Part shown: piece by piece, positions 32,911 to 41,565 of the stretch | How positions within the stretch are numbered: position 1 is the first letter of the stretch | Layout of the letters: each line of letters opens with the position of its first letter | Assembly: GCA_965279035.1 (NCBI GenBank) | Contig: OZ257142.1 | Coordinates: forward strand, 2,112,001 to 2,176,000 | DNA length: 64,000 nucleotides | Reading direction: 5' to 3' | From: Bacteroidia bacterium | GTDB lineage: Bacteria; Bacteroidota; Bacteroidia; M30B66 | The notes under the pieces: generated by a model | What the model was told of the DNA's origin: nothing | Seen by the model: only the letters and a program-made list of their open reading frames with translations | Database searches by the model: none | Position numbers and translations under genes: made by a program

Positions 32911-34632
32911 TTATTCATCCGAATTGTTTTTTTTGTATATATATATATCAAATTTATCATAAGTATTTATTTTATTAAATTGAGGAATTGATTTTTGATC
33001 TTTTGATAAAACTAAATATCCAATTGAATTGCTATATTTTGTTGAATCTAATCCTACATTATAATTTTCAGGATAAACAACGATATTTTTAGATTTGGAT
33101 AGTTTAAAGTTATAATCAAGATAAGTTTCAATTAATGGATGGTTTGAATAAACATTTTTATTTGTATTTTGAATTATTTCATTTGATAGAGTATTAGCTA
33201 TTATCGGATATTTGTATGTTTCATTGAAATAATTAAAATTAATATATATCGCATTAATACAAATTGCTATCGTCAAAATGTAAACAATATTATAAATTCT
33301 TAAATTTTCAATTACAGCATTTAAGAAAATTCCAAGGATAAATAGTGTTGGAATAATTATGTAAATCCATGTTCTGCTAAAAGGTACTACTGAATGTAAT
33401 ACCATTATGAATGGGCAACTAATTAAAATATACATACATAACAATATTTCAAAATTAATTTTTCTTTTAATAATTAAGTAAATTGTAATAATTATTAAAA
33501 AAAGCATTAAATTCAATAGTGAAATCCCAAAAAACAAATTACTTGTATCATTAAAATGATTAACAATTTTACTTAAAACTTCGTGTCTAGAAATGGGAAT
33601 TACAAAGCGATTTTTGAAAACTGAATCTAAACCCGAAATAATAAAAAGAGGAAAATAAAGAAATATCGTTAGAAAAAATGTGATAATAGATGAAAAAATA
33701 TTTTTGAGAAATAATGCTTTATTTTTTTCAACAAGTGCATAAATGAATATAAATGAAAAAATTGATAGACAAGCATAAATAAAAGATGGCATAGTAAATA
33801 ATCCTATGATTGATCCGAAAATTAAGTAAGTCGAATACTTCGTTTGAAAATATGAGTTTTTCGTATTTCGTATAAGCATAATCGTAGCATAAAAGCATAT
33901 AATAAAAGCAAGAGTAATGATTGAATATCCTCGTGCTGAAACTCCATAGAATATAATTGGATTAAGTGTGCTAAAAATTGAAGTAATTAAAAATGCAATA
34001 TTCTTTTGAATTAATTTTCTACTTACAATGTAAAATAATATAATTGATAAAATACTAATTATGAATGCGGGTAATCTTAAATTTATTGTGTTATTAAATG
34101 GGAGATAAAACGATATATTTGTGAATAAACTATATAAGATATGGTTATTTGGAGCTGGGTAATAAGTGAGGGACGTTAAAAAACCATTTTTAGAAAACTG
34201 TAAAAAAGTCCATGCTTCATCGTATTCAATTGGAAATTTAATGATATAATATATTCTAATACAAATATTAAGCAGCAATAAATAAACTAGACTACTATTT
34301 ATTTTGAAATAATTACTATTACTATTAATATTTTTAATTGAATTTGAAATTGCTTTATATATATTTGATAGGATATTTGATAATTTGACATTATATATAA
34401 TTGTTAATAACCCAATAATTGATAATGAAATAGGGTATAACTTTAATAATAATATTTTATATTTAGTTAAATAACTCAAACTTATTTCTGGACAAAATTT
34501 ATTAAATACTAAGTTGCTTTGCAGATTATTAATAAAGTTTATGTCAGAAGAAAGAAATAAAGTTATGCTAATAATGAATCCTATTACAATAAGGATTGAG
34601 CCTGTTAATTTTATGAATTTATTTTTCATCAT
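32911..34632 (-). CDS. Polytopic membrane protein, GT-C fold (ArnT/PMT-like glycosyltransferase)
   Basis: Many TM segments; YDEAWT acidic motif in the loop after an early TM, PNNHILYS, LRLP, ARGYS. Confidence 0.7.
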   Translation of the reverse strand: MMKNKFIKLTGSILIVIGFIISITLFLSSDINFINNLQSNLVFNKFCPEISLSYLTKYKILLLKLYPISLSIIGLLTIIYNVKLSNILSNIYKAISNSIKNINSNSNYFKINSSLVYLLLLNICIRIYYIIKFPIEYDEAWTFLQFSKNGFLTSLTYYPAPNNHILYSLFTNISFYLPFNNTINLRLPAFIISILSIILFYIVSRKLIQKNIAFLITSIFSTLNPIIFYGVSARGYSIITLAFIICFYATIMLIRNTKNSYFQTKYSTYLIFGSIIGLFTMPSFIYACLSIFSFIFIYALVEKNKALFLKNIFSSIITFFLTIFLYFPLFIISGLDSVFKNRFVIPISRHEVLSKIVNHFNDTSNLFFGISLLNLMLFLIIITIYLIIKRKINFEILLCMYILISCPFIMVLHSVVPFSRTWIYIIIPTLFILGIFLNAVIENLRIYNIVYILTIAICINAIYINFNYFNETYKYPIIANTLSNEIIQNTNKNVYSNHPLIETYLDYNFKLSKSKNIVVYPENYNVGLDSTKYSNSIGYLVLSKDQKSIPQFNKINTYDKFDIYIYKKNNSDE

Positions 34633-34648
34633 TTTTGAAAATTAAAAA

Positions 34649-36283
34649 TTATTTCTTTAAGAAGAAAATATAATCATTACCTTTTTCAATGATATTATAA
34701 TTTTCTGTAATTAGATTAAATAGGCGTTTTGAAGTGGCTTCTATTGATTGTGTTTTAATGTTTGTAAAGAAAAATCGATCTTCTCCTACTAATTGAATTA
34801 TTATTTTAGGTTTAAAAATTTCTATATTTTCAATATAACAATCGATTGTTTGTTGCCTCCCTTTATAATTCTCCATAGCAAACTGAGGATAAAGAAAGCA
34901 ACTAGATCTTTGTAATTTATTTTCAATGAAATAGTTATTTCCCCAACCCCAAATTATTAATTTATCCCCTTGATGAGAATACAATTTCAATAATTTATTG
35001 ATTTCATTAGCTTCTATAATTGGTCTAGATTGTTTTAGATAATTTGTATATGGATATATTAATCTAACATCTGTTTCTTTAATATTAAATTTAGTAAAAA
35101 GTATAAACGTCATTATAAAAATGGATATATATGATTTTATATTATTTTGATTTAATTTATTATAATATTGGCTTAGAAACCAAGTTGAAGGAACTAGTAA
35201 AAATAAATTGTAATGCATGAAAAAATTCTTTGGAAGAAATATTGTGAACATTGTCACAACAAATAATAATAAGAAAAACAATTGATCAAATTTTAATAAT
35301 TTTGATATAATAACATTTTTAATTTCGTAATATATACTTATAAATAGAATGATTGAAAAAGCAAAGTATTCATTGTTAAATAAAACACTTTTTAAGAATG
35401 AACTAATTTGTATAAGAAATGAATATGTATTTCCATCCGTTAGTCCATCATTTGCATATTGAGTTCCATTAGTAAATACCCAAATTATTTTATCCAATCC
35501 ATATATATTTAATAATGGTATCATAAATAATAAAATACCTGATACACCTCCAATTGAAAAAAGTAATGATTTTAGATAATTCTTTTTTAATAAATAATAG
35601 ATTGTAATGAAAATCCCAATGAATCCAGCTATAGGAATTGCTTGTTCTTTTGAAAAGACAATCATTGCAACTGTTAATCCATTTAAAAAGATGTAAAAAC
35701 TATTAAGTTTTAATTTAACATCTTTATAAAACTGAAGAATAGATAATGAAATAAATACAATGCATGGCATTTCGCTATTATATTGTACTAAATCAAAATG
35801 ATTAGATGTTGAAAAGAAAATTATATAAATAGATACTAATAAAATTGACGTATTTTTGTTGAATTTAATTTTCAATAACTTATATTGTATTATTAAAAAT
35901 ATAATGTATAATATTATATTTATTAATCTAGCATGGTCATATGTTAAATAATTTGTAAAAAAAGAAAATATTAATAATGGAATAAATGTAAAAAATCTTG
36001 TAAAATCAAATAATGCAAACTTATTTAACCAAATTGAAGGAGAATCAATTATGCTATTTGCTATAATTAACCATTGTTCTTCATCTGGGTTCATTGATAA
36101 TGGGTGATTAAAATCATTACTTCTACATAATATTAAATATAGTATAGATATTGGCCAAAATGTATACGAAGGGAGTTTGTTATTTAATATTTTATTGATA
36201 AATATAATATATATAATTGAAATAAGGATTATTTGTATATTTCCAAAAAAGAATACAAATGAATTGTCAAAAAATGGGCTCAC
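34649..36283 (-). CDS. Polytopic membrane protein, probable GT-C glycosyltransferase (GTG start)
   Basis: Many TM segments; NPDEEQW, YNSE, SKEQ, HY motifs; soluble C-terminal domain. Confidence 0.55.
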   Translation of the reverse strand: MSPFFDNSFVFFFGNIQIILISIIYIIFINKILNNKLPSYTFWPISILYLILCRSNDFNHPLSMNPDEEQWLIIANSIIDSPSIWLNKFALFDFTRFFTFIPLLIFSFFTNYLTYDHARLINIILYIIFLIIQYKLLKIKFNKNTSILLVSIYIIFFSTSNHFDLVQYNSEMPCIVFISLSILQFYKDVKLKLNSFYIFLNGLTVAMIVFSKEQAIPIAGFIGIFITIYYLLKKNYLKSLLFSIGGVSGILLFMIPLLNIYGLDKIIWVFTNGTQYANDGLTDGNTYSFLIQISSFLKSVLFNNEYFAFSIILFISIYYEIKNVIISKLLKFDQLFFLLLFVVTMFTIFLPKNFFMHYNLFLLVPSTWFLSQYYNKLNQNNIKSYISIFIMTFILFTKFNIKETDVRLIYPYTNYLKQSRPIIEANEINKLLKLYSHQGDKLIIWGWGNNYFIENKLQRSSCFLYPQFAMENYKGRQQTIDCYIENIEIFKPKIIIQLVGEDRFFFTNIKTQSIEATSKRLFNLITENYNIIEKGNDYIFFLKK

Positions 36284-36564
36284 TTTTTATATGATTTTAA
36301 AAATGAATTTAAAGATAAATAATTATTTTGATTTTAAAATATGTTAGAATATTTATTAATGTATTGATTATTAAACGAATAGTTTTAAATTTATTGCATA
36401 TGAACTATTTATTAAAATAATAATCTGCAATATGATCAGACCTAAAAAATTAACATATCAATAAAAATAAATTGAATTATTTTGCAATAAACCTATATTT
36501 TAATAAAAACATGTAAAATTTGATTTTAATTGATGAAATAAGTTAAATTTGGTTTTTTCTCATT

Positions 36565-38268
36565 ATGCTTGTTGGTGTCGGTAAATCTAAAGTCATTTTC
36601 AATAAAATGCATATCCCAATGCAAGGATATGGAAATTTTGAACATTTTGCTGAAGGTATTGAAAATGATTTATTTTCCCGTGCATTTGTTTTTAAATCGG
36701 ACAAGGTTTGTTTGGCAATAATCAATTTAGAGTGTTGCTTTTCAACTCATCATTTAAAAAAAGCTATTATTGATGGTTTCAATTTAAAGCATTCTAATTC
36801 AATGCTTTCAATTGATAATGTTATGTTTTGTTCTCAAAACACACACAGTGCACCTGGTGGATATGCTCATTATCCTTTTTTCAATTTTAGTACACGAGGA
36901 TTTCGGCCTTCAATTTTTACTTCTTATAAAAATGCATGTATTGAAGCACTTTCAATTGCATATTTGGATGTTGAACCAAGTGATGTATTTTTAAATGCTG
37001 ATAAGATTGATATTGAGTCTGATGTTGCATTTAATCGTTCTATTGCTTCTTATAATAGTAATAAAAATGTTGATTACTACGATGATAATCATACTCAATA
37101 TGCAATTGATAGAATGATTAAACAAATTAGAATTTGTTCAAAAAAATCAGTTAATAAAGGTCTTATTAATTGGTTTGGTGTTCAAGGGACTTCAATTTCC
37201 GAAAAGAATTCACGAATTCATCCTGATAATAAAGGATATGCTGCTTCTTTGTTTGAAAATGATAAATCTGAAGAACGCAATTTTGTTGCAGCATTTTGCG
37301 GAGAATCACAAGGAGATGTTTCTCCAAATTATTATGGTAGATCTAAATGGTGGCCAAGAGGTAGATATGATGATGAATTTAAGTCGGCATTTTTTAGTGG
37401 ATTTATACAATTTGAAAATGCACGAAATATTTTTGATTCTAAGGATCATCAAATTCCAATCTCAAATTCAATCGACTTTATTCATTATTTTGTTGATTTT
37501 TCAAAAGTTATTTGTGATAATGAATTTACATTTGATAATAAAAATCACTCAACAAGTGCACCTATTCTAGGATTATCTTATTTAGATGGAGATGGAATTG
37601 ATAAGCCTTTGTTAGATTCATTTTCCCTAACATTATTTAATGGAATTAGCAGATATAAAGAATCTTTAAGAAAAATCCCCATCATAACTTCCAAAAAGAA
37701 TCGTTTGCGTTTTAAAAATTTAAAGTTGGCTCATGGTAATAAAAAGTTTTTTATTGAGTTGCAAGACAAGAAAATTTTAGGTTATTCTAATTTAAATAAA
37801 ATCCCTTTGCCAAATGGTTTGAAGGATATTGGAAATGAAATAAAAAAGCAATTTAATTCAGGTGCTTTAAACAATAATACTTGGGCTCCTATTATTTTAC
37901 CAATTCAAATTTTCATTATTGGTGAACTTGCAATTGTAGGATTCCCCGGTGAAATTTCTACAATAGCTGGAAAACGTCTAAAAGAGTCTATATTAAAGGT
38001 TTTAGAGAAAAGAGGAGTTATAGATGTAATATTAACTTCTAATTCAAATGAATTTTGTGGGTATACAACAACTTTTGAGGAATATCAACTTCAACAATAT
38101 GAAGGAAGCTTTACATTATTTGGACAACATACTTTAGCGGCTTTTCAAACTGTTTTTAAACAACTATCTTTGAAGTTATGTGAGAAAAAAGAAAATAGAA
38201 TAGTATCAGATTCAATTCAACCTCCTAATTTCACAAAAGAAGAATTAGATAAAAGAACTGTCTTATAA
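36565..38268 (+). CDS. Neutral/alkaline ceramidase family homologue with substituted Zn ligands
   Basis: LFSRAF, THSAPGG, AFNRS, DNKGYA, GDVSPN, PGE, GY.TT.EEY..Q.YEG..TLFG.HTL. Confidence 0.85.
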   Translation: MLVGVGKSKVIFNKMHIPMQGYGNFEHFAEGIENDLFSRAFVFKSDKVCLAIINLECCFSTHHLKKAIIDGFNLKHSNSMLSIDNVMFCSQNTHSAPGGYAHYPFFNFSTRGFRPSIFTSYKNACIEALSIAYLDVEPSDVFLNADKIDIESDVAFNRSIASYNSNKNVDYYDDNHTQYAIDRMIKQIRICSKKSVNKGLINWFGVQGTSISEKNSRIHPDNKGYAASLFENDKSEERNFVAAFCGESQGDVSPNYYGRSKWWPRGRYDDEFKSAFFSGFIQFENARNIFDSKDHQIPISNSIDFIHYFVDFSKVICDNEFTFDNKNHSTSAPILGLSYLDGDGIDKPLLDSFSLTLFNGISRYKESLRKIPIITSKKNRLRFKNLKLAHGNKKFFIELQDKKILGYSNLNKIPLPNGLKDIGNEIKKQFNSGALNNNTWAPIILPIQIFIIGELAIVGFPGEISTIAGKRLKESILKVLEKRGVIDVILTSNSNEFCGYTTTFEEYQLQQYEGSFTLFGQHTLAAFQTVFKQLSLKLCEKKENRIVSDSIQPPNFTKEELDKRTVL

Positions 38269-41200
38269 ATATTTCTCTGGATATCGTATTCCTATTATTA
38301 AAACATCATCAACTTGCTCAAGTTCCCCTCTCCATTTTTCGAAATAATTATCTAACAAAACTTCTTGTTCTTTAATTGATAAATTCTTTATCTCAAGTAA
38401 ATAATCCCTTAAACGTTTAGATAATAGTTTTTTTCCTTTTTGTCCTCCGAATTGATCTGCATACCCATCTGTAAATAAATAAATCGTATCTCCAGGTTCA
38501 AATAAGAAGGAATGATTTGTGAAATTTTCTTTTGTTTTTTGATGGAATCCACCAATTGGATTTTTATCAGGTCTAATTATTTGCAAGTAATCTTCATAAT
38601 ATTCATCCTTAATTGAATTTTCTGATTTATTTTTTCGAATTATCCATAAAGGTCTATTTGCTCCAGCCATTTCGAAAGATTGGGTTTCAAAATTTAATGA
38701 GCAAATAATTATATCCATACCATCATGGTTATCAGTTTCTTCTTGTTTTAAAGCTCTTTCAATTCCTTTATCTAATTGGTTTAGAATTTCTGATGGACGA
38801 AAAATATTTTTTTCATTAATTACTTGATTAAATAGATTTGTTCCTATCATGCTCATAAATGCACCAGGTACTCCATGTCCTGTGCAATCAGCAACTGCTA
38901 TTAATATTGTATTTTCTTTTTTTGCAAATGCATAAAAATCACCACTTACGATATCTTTAGGCTTATATAGAATAAAAGATTCAGGTAATACATTAAATAT
39001 TACATCATTATATGGTAAAGTAGCTAATTGTATTCGTCTCGCATATCTTATACTATCAGTAATTGATAGGTTCTTGTGTTCAATTATTGTACTATTAATT
39101 CTTAACTCATCTCTTTGTTTTTCTATCTCATTTTTTTGAAGAAATATTTCAGAAGTTCTTTCTTGAACAATTAGCTCTAATCTCTTTTTTTCAAATATCA
39201 AATTTCTTTCTCTGTATTTAATTGTGAATATTATTAAAATTACAACAATCAATAATATTGAAGTATAAAACCACCATGTCATCCAAAATGGAGGAGTAAT
39301 TGAAAATGAGAAATCAACTGATTTAGAATTCCATATTCCATCATTATTGCAAGATTTTACATGAAAAATATACTTACCAGGTTCTAAATTATTATAAGTT
39401 GCAAAATTCAATTCACTCTCTTGCCAATTCTGATCAAATCCTTCTAATTGATATTTATACCTTACTTTTTCTGGGTCTGTAAAACAAATTCCATTGAAAA
39501 TGAATGTTAAGTAGTTCTTTTTATAATTCAATGATAATCCATCTTTTAATAAAGTATCTTGAAAAGATTTAACAGTTGTTATTTGTGTGATAGTTTCAAT
39601 TGTATTAATTTTTAAATTATTGGGAATAAATTCAATAGCCCCATTTATTGTCCCAAACCACAAATGGTTTTGAGAATCTCTAAAGATTGAATTTGATTTT
39701 GTTTCTATACGAGCTATTTTATCATATTTATCTGTAATCGATATATTTTTATTTTCCTTATCCCATGAACAAATACCCTTATTTGTCCCTATCCAGATTT
39801 TTCCTTGTAAATCGCTTTCAATAGATCCTATATAATTTGAGATAAATCCATTATTTACATTATAGTTTATAAATTTATTATTGAGGTACTTATATATTCC
39901 TCCTCCTTCTGTGGCAACCCATATATCTTTATTTTCATCTAATGTTATTGATGAAATAGAAGGATATATTTTAGGATCATTTTGACTTAAAATTGTAAAC
40001 TTATTATTTTTAAATAATGTCAATCCTGATGCCGAAGAGCCAATCCAAATTGCTCCACTATTATCTTCTTGGATATCTGTAGTGCTATTATCCGCTAACC
40101 CATCTTTGATTGTATATGTATGAATTTGATTTTTCTTTGAATCATATAATGCCAACCCCCTTAACATTGAAATCCAAACATTTCCATTTTTTGCTTGGTA
40201 AATAGTATGTACATATAATTCATTAAAAGTTATCGGATCACTATATGGAATTTTACCTTGGAAATGTTCAATTGTCAAATTTTGAGGATGTATTATATAA
40301 ATACCTGCCCCCCATGTTCCAACCCAAATTAGCCCTTTTTTATCTTCCATTAATGATGTTACTTCAACTTCTTCTCCGGAGGGTATATCTAATTTATTGA
40401 ATTCATTCTTTATTTTATTTAATATATATATACAATTTGTTGATCCAAACCACATATTCCCTTTTGAATCTGAACAAATTGCTCCTATTTGATTATTAGT
40501 TTTATCTTTTGAATGATTATATATTTTAAAATTTTGTCCTCGAAAACAGGAAAGTCCATTTTGATTTGTTCCAATCCAAAGATTTCCTTCACGATCTTCT
40601 GAAATACTTCTAATTTTATTTTCACCTAACCCGTTATTTTCTAGTAGGATATCAACTTTGTCATTTTTTATTATTGATATTCCACCTCCCCAGGTGCCAA
40701 TGTACATCCCTCCATTCTTTGCATTTTGCAGGACTGAAACGAAATTAGATCCCAATTTGCCATTTTCTAGATTATATTTTGAAAATTGATTTAAGTTTCT
40801 AGAATACTTGAAAGCTCCAGAAGAGGGAGTCCCAAACCATAAATCTTTATTTTCATCTTCAGCAATAGCAGAAAATTGAACAAAGTCAATTCCATTGGGA
40901 ACATAAAAGTCAAAACCTGAAGTAGTCGAATTATATTTTTTTATTCCTAAATCTGTAACAAACCATAGTTCTCCTTTTGAATCATTTAAAACACTTGTTA
41001 CATCTCTTGATAATCCATTTTTTGAATCGTAACGTTTGTAATTTGCTTTTTTTAGATTTTCAATAAGATCAATTCGTTTTACTTTAAATGCCCCACTTGA
41101 TTGAGTCCCTATCCATAAATATCCACTTCTGTCCATACTTAAGCAAAATATTCTACGAGTATCTTTTCCTAATTCTATTTTTTCAAATTTATTATCTTTA

Positions 41201-41517
41201 AAATAACTCAAAACTCCATTCTCATGTCCAAATAAGAATTCACCTTTATTTATCTCTAACACAGTAGTTACTTTATTGTCTGCCAATCCATTTTTTACTG
41301 TAAAGTTCTTGAATACATGTCCATCAAAACGAGAAACTCCCATATTCGTTCCAATCCATAAATAACCATCTTTTCCTTGTATTATTGAGTTAATACATGA
41401 ATGAGACAATCCATCATTAATTGAATAATTTGCAAAATAATATTGTTGACTTAATAAAGTATTTCCAGTGAGAATACTCAATACAAATACTAGAAATTTG
41501 AATATTAGGTGTTTCAT
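38263..41517 (-). CDS. Membrane sensor phosphatase: Reg_prop beta-propeller repeats + Y_Y_Y + TM + SpoIIE/PP2C domain
   Basis: Repeated D..G.LWIGT..G units, YKYQLEGFD..W, PPFWMTWWF, PKDIVSGDFY, DCTGHGVPGA, FTDGYADQFGG, DDVLIIG. Confidence 0.92.
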   Translation of the reverse strand: MKHLIFKFLVFVLSILTGNTLLSQQYYFANYSINDGLSHSCINSIIQGKDGYLWIGTNMGVSRFDGHVFKNFTVKNGLADNKVTTVLEINKGEFLFGHENGVLSYFKDNKFEKIELGKDTRRIFCLSMDRSGYLWIGTQSSGAFKVKRIDLIENLKKANYKRYDSKNGLSRDVTSVLNDSKGELWFVTDLGIKKYNSTTSGFDFYVPNGIDFVQFSAIAEDENKDLWFGTPSSGAFKYSRNLNQFSKYNLENGKLGSNFVSVLQNAKNGGMYIGTWGGGISIIKNDKVDILLENNGLGENKIRSISEDREGNLWIGTNQNGLSCFRGQNFKIYNHSKDKTNNQIGAICSDSKGNMWFGSTNCIYILNKIKNEFNKLDIPSGEEVEVTSLMEDKKGLIWVGTWGAGIYIIHPQNLTIEHFQGKIPYSDPITFNELYVHTIYQAKNGNVWISMLRGLALYDSKKNQIHTYTIKDGLADNSTTDIQEDNSGAIWIGSSASGLTLFKNNKFTILSQNDPKIYPSISSITLDENKDIWVATEGGGIYKYLNNKFINYNVNNGFISNYIGSIESDLQGKIWIGTNKGICSWDKENKNISITDKYDKIARIETKSNSIFRDSQNHLWFGTINGAIEFIPNNLKINTIETITQITTVKSFQDTLLKDGLSLNYKKNYLTFIFNGICFTDPEKVRYKYQLEGFDQNWQESELNFATYNNLEPGKYIFHVKSCNNDGIWNSKSVDFSFSITPPFWMTWWFYTSILLIVVILIIFTIKYRERNLIFEKKRLELIVQERTSEIFLQKNEIEKQRDELRINSTIIEHKNLSITDSIRYARRIQLATLPYNDVIFNVLPESFILYKPKDIVSGDFYAFAKKENTILIAVADCTGHGVPGAFMSMIGTNLFNQVINEKNIFRPSEILNQLDKGIERALKQEETDNHDGMDIIICSLNFETQSFEMAGANRPLWIIRKNKSENSIKDEYYEDYLQIIRPDKNPIGGFHQKTKENFTNHSFLFEPGDTIYLFTDGYADQFGGQKGKKLLSKRLRDYLLEIKNLSIKEQEVLLDNYFEKWRGELEQVDDVLIIGIRYPEKYL

Positions 41518-41565
41518 TATTGATTGGAAAATGTTAAAGTTAGAAAAAAGTATATAATGCTTGAA

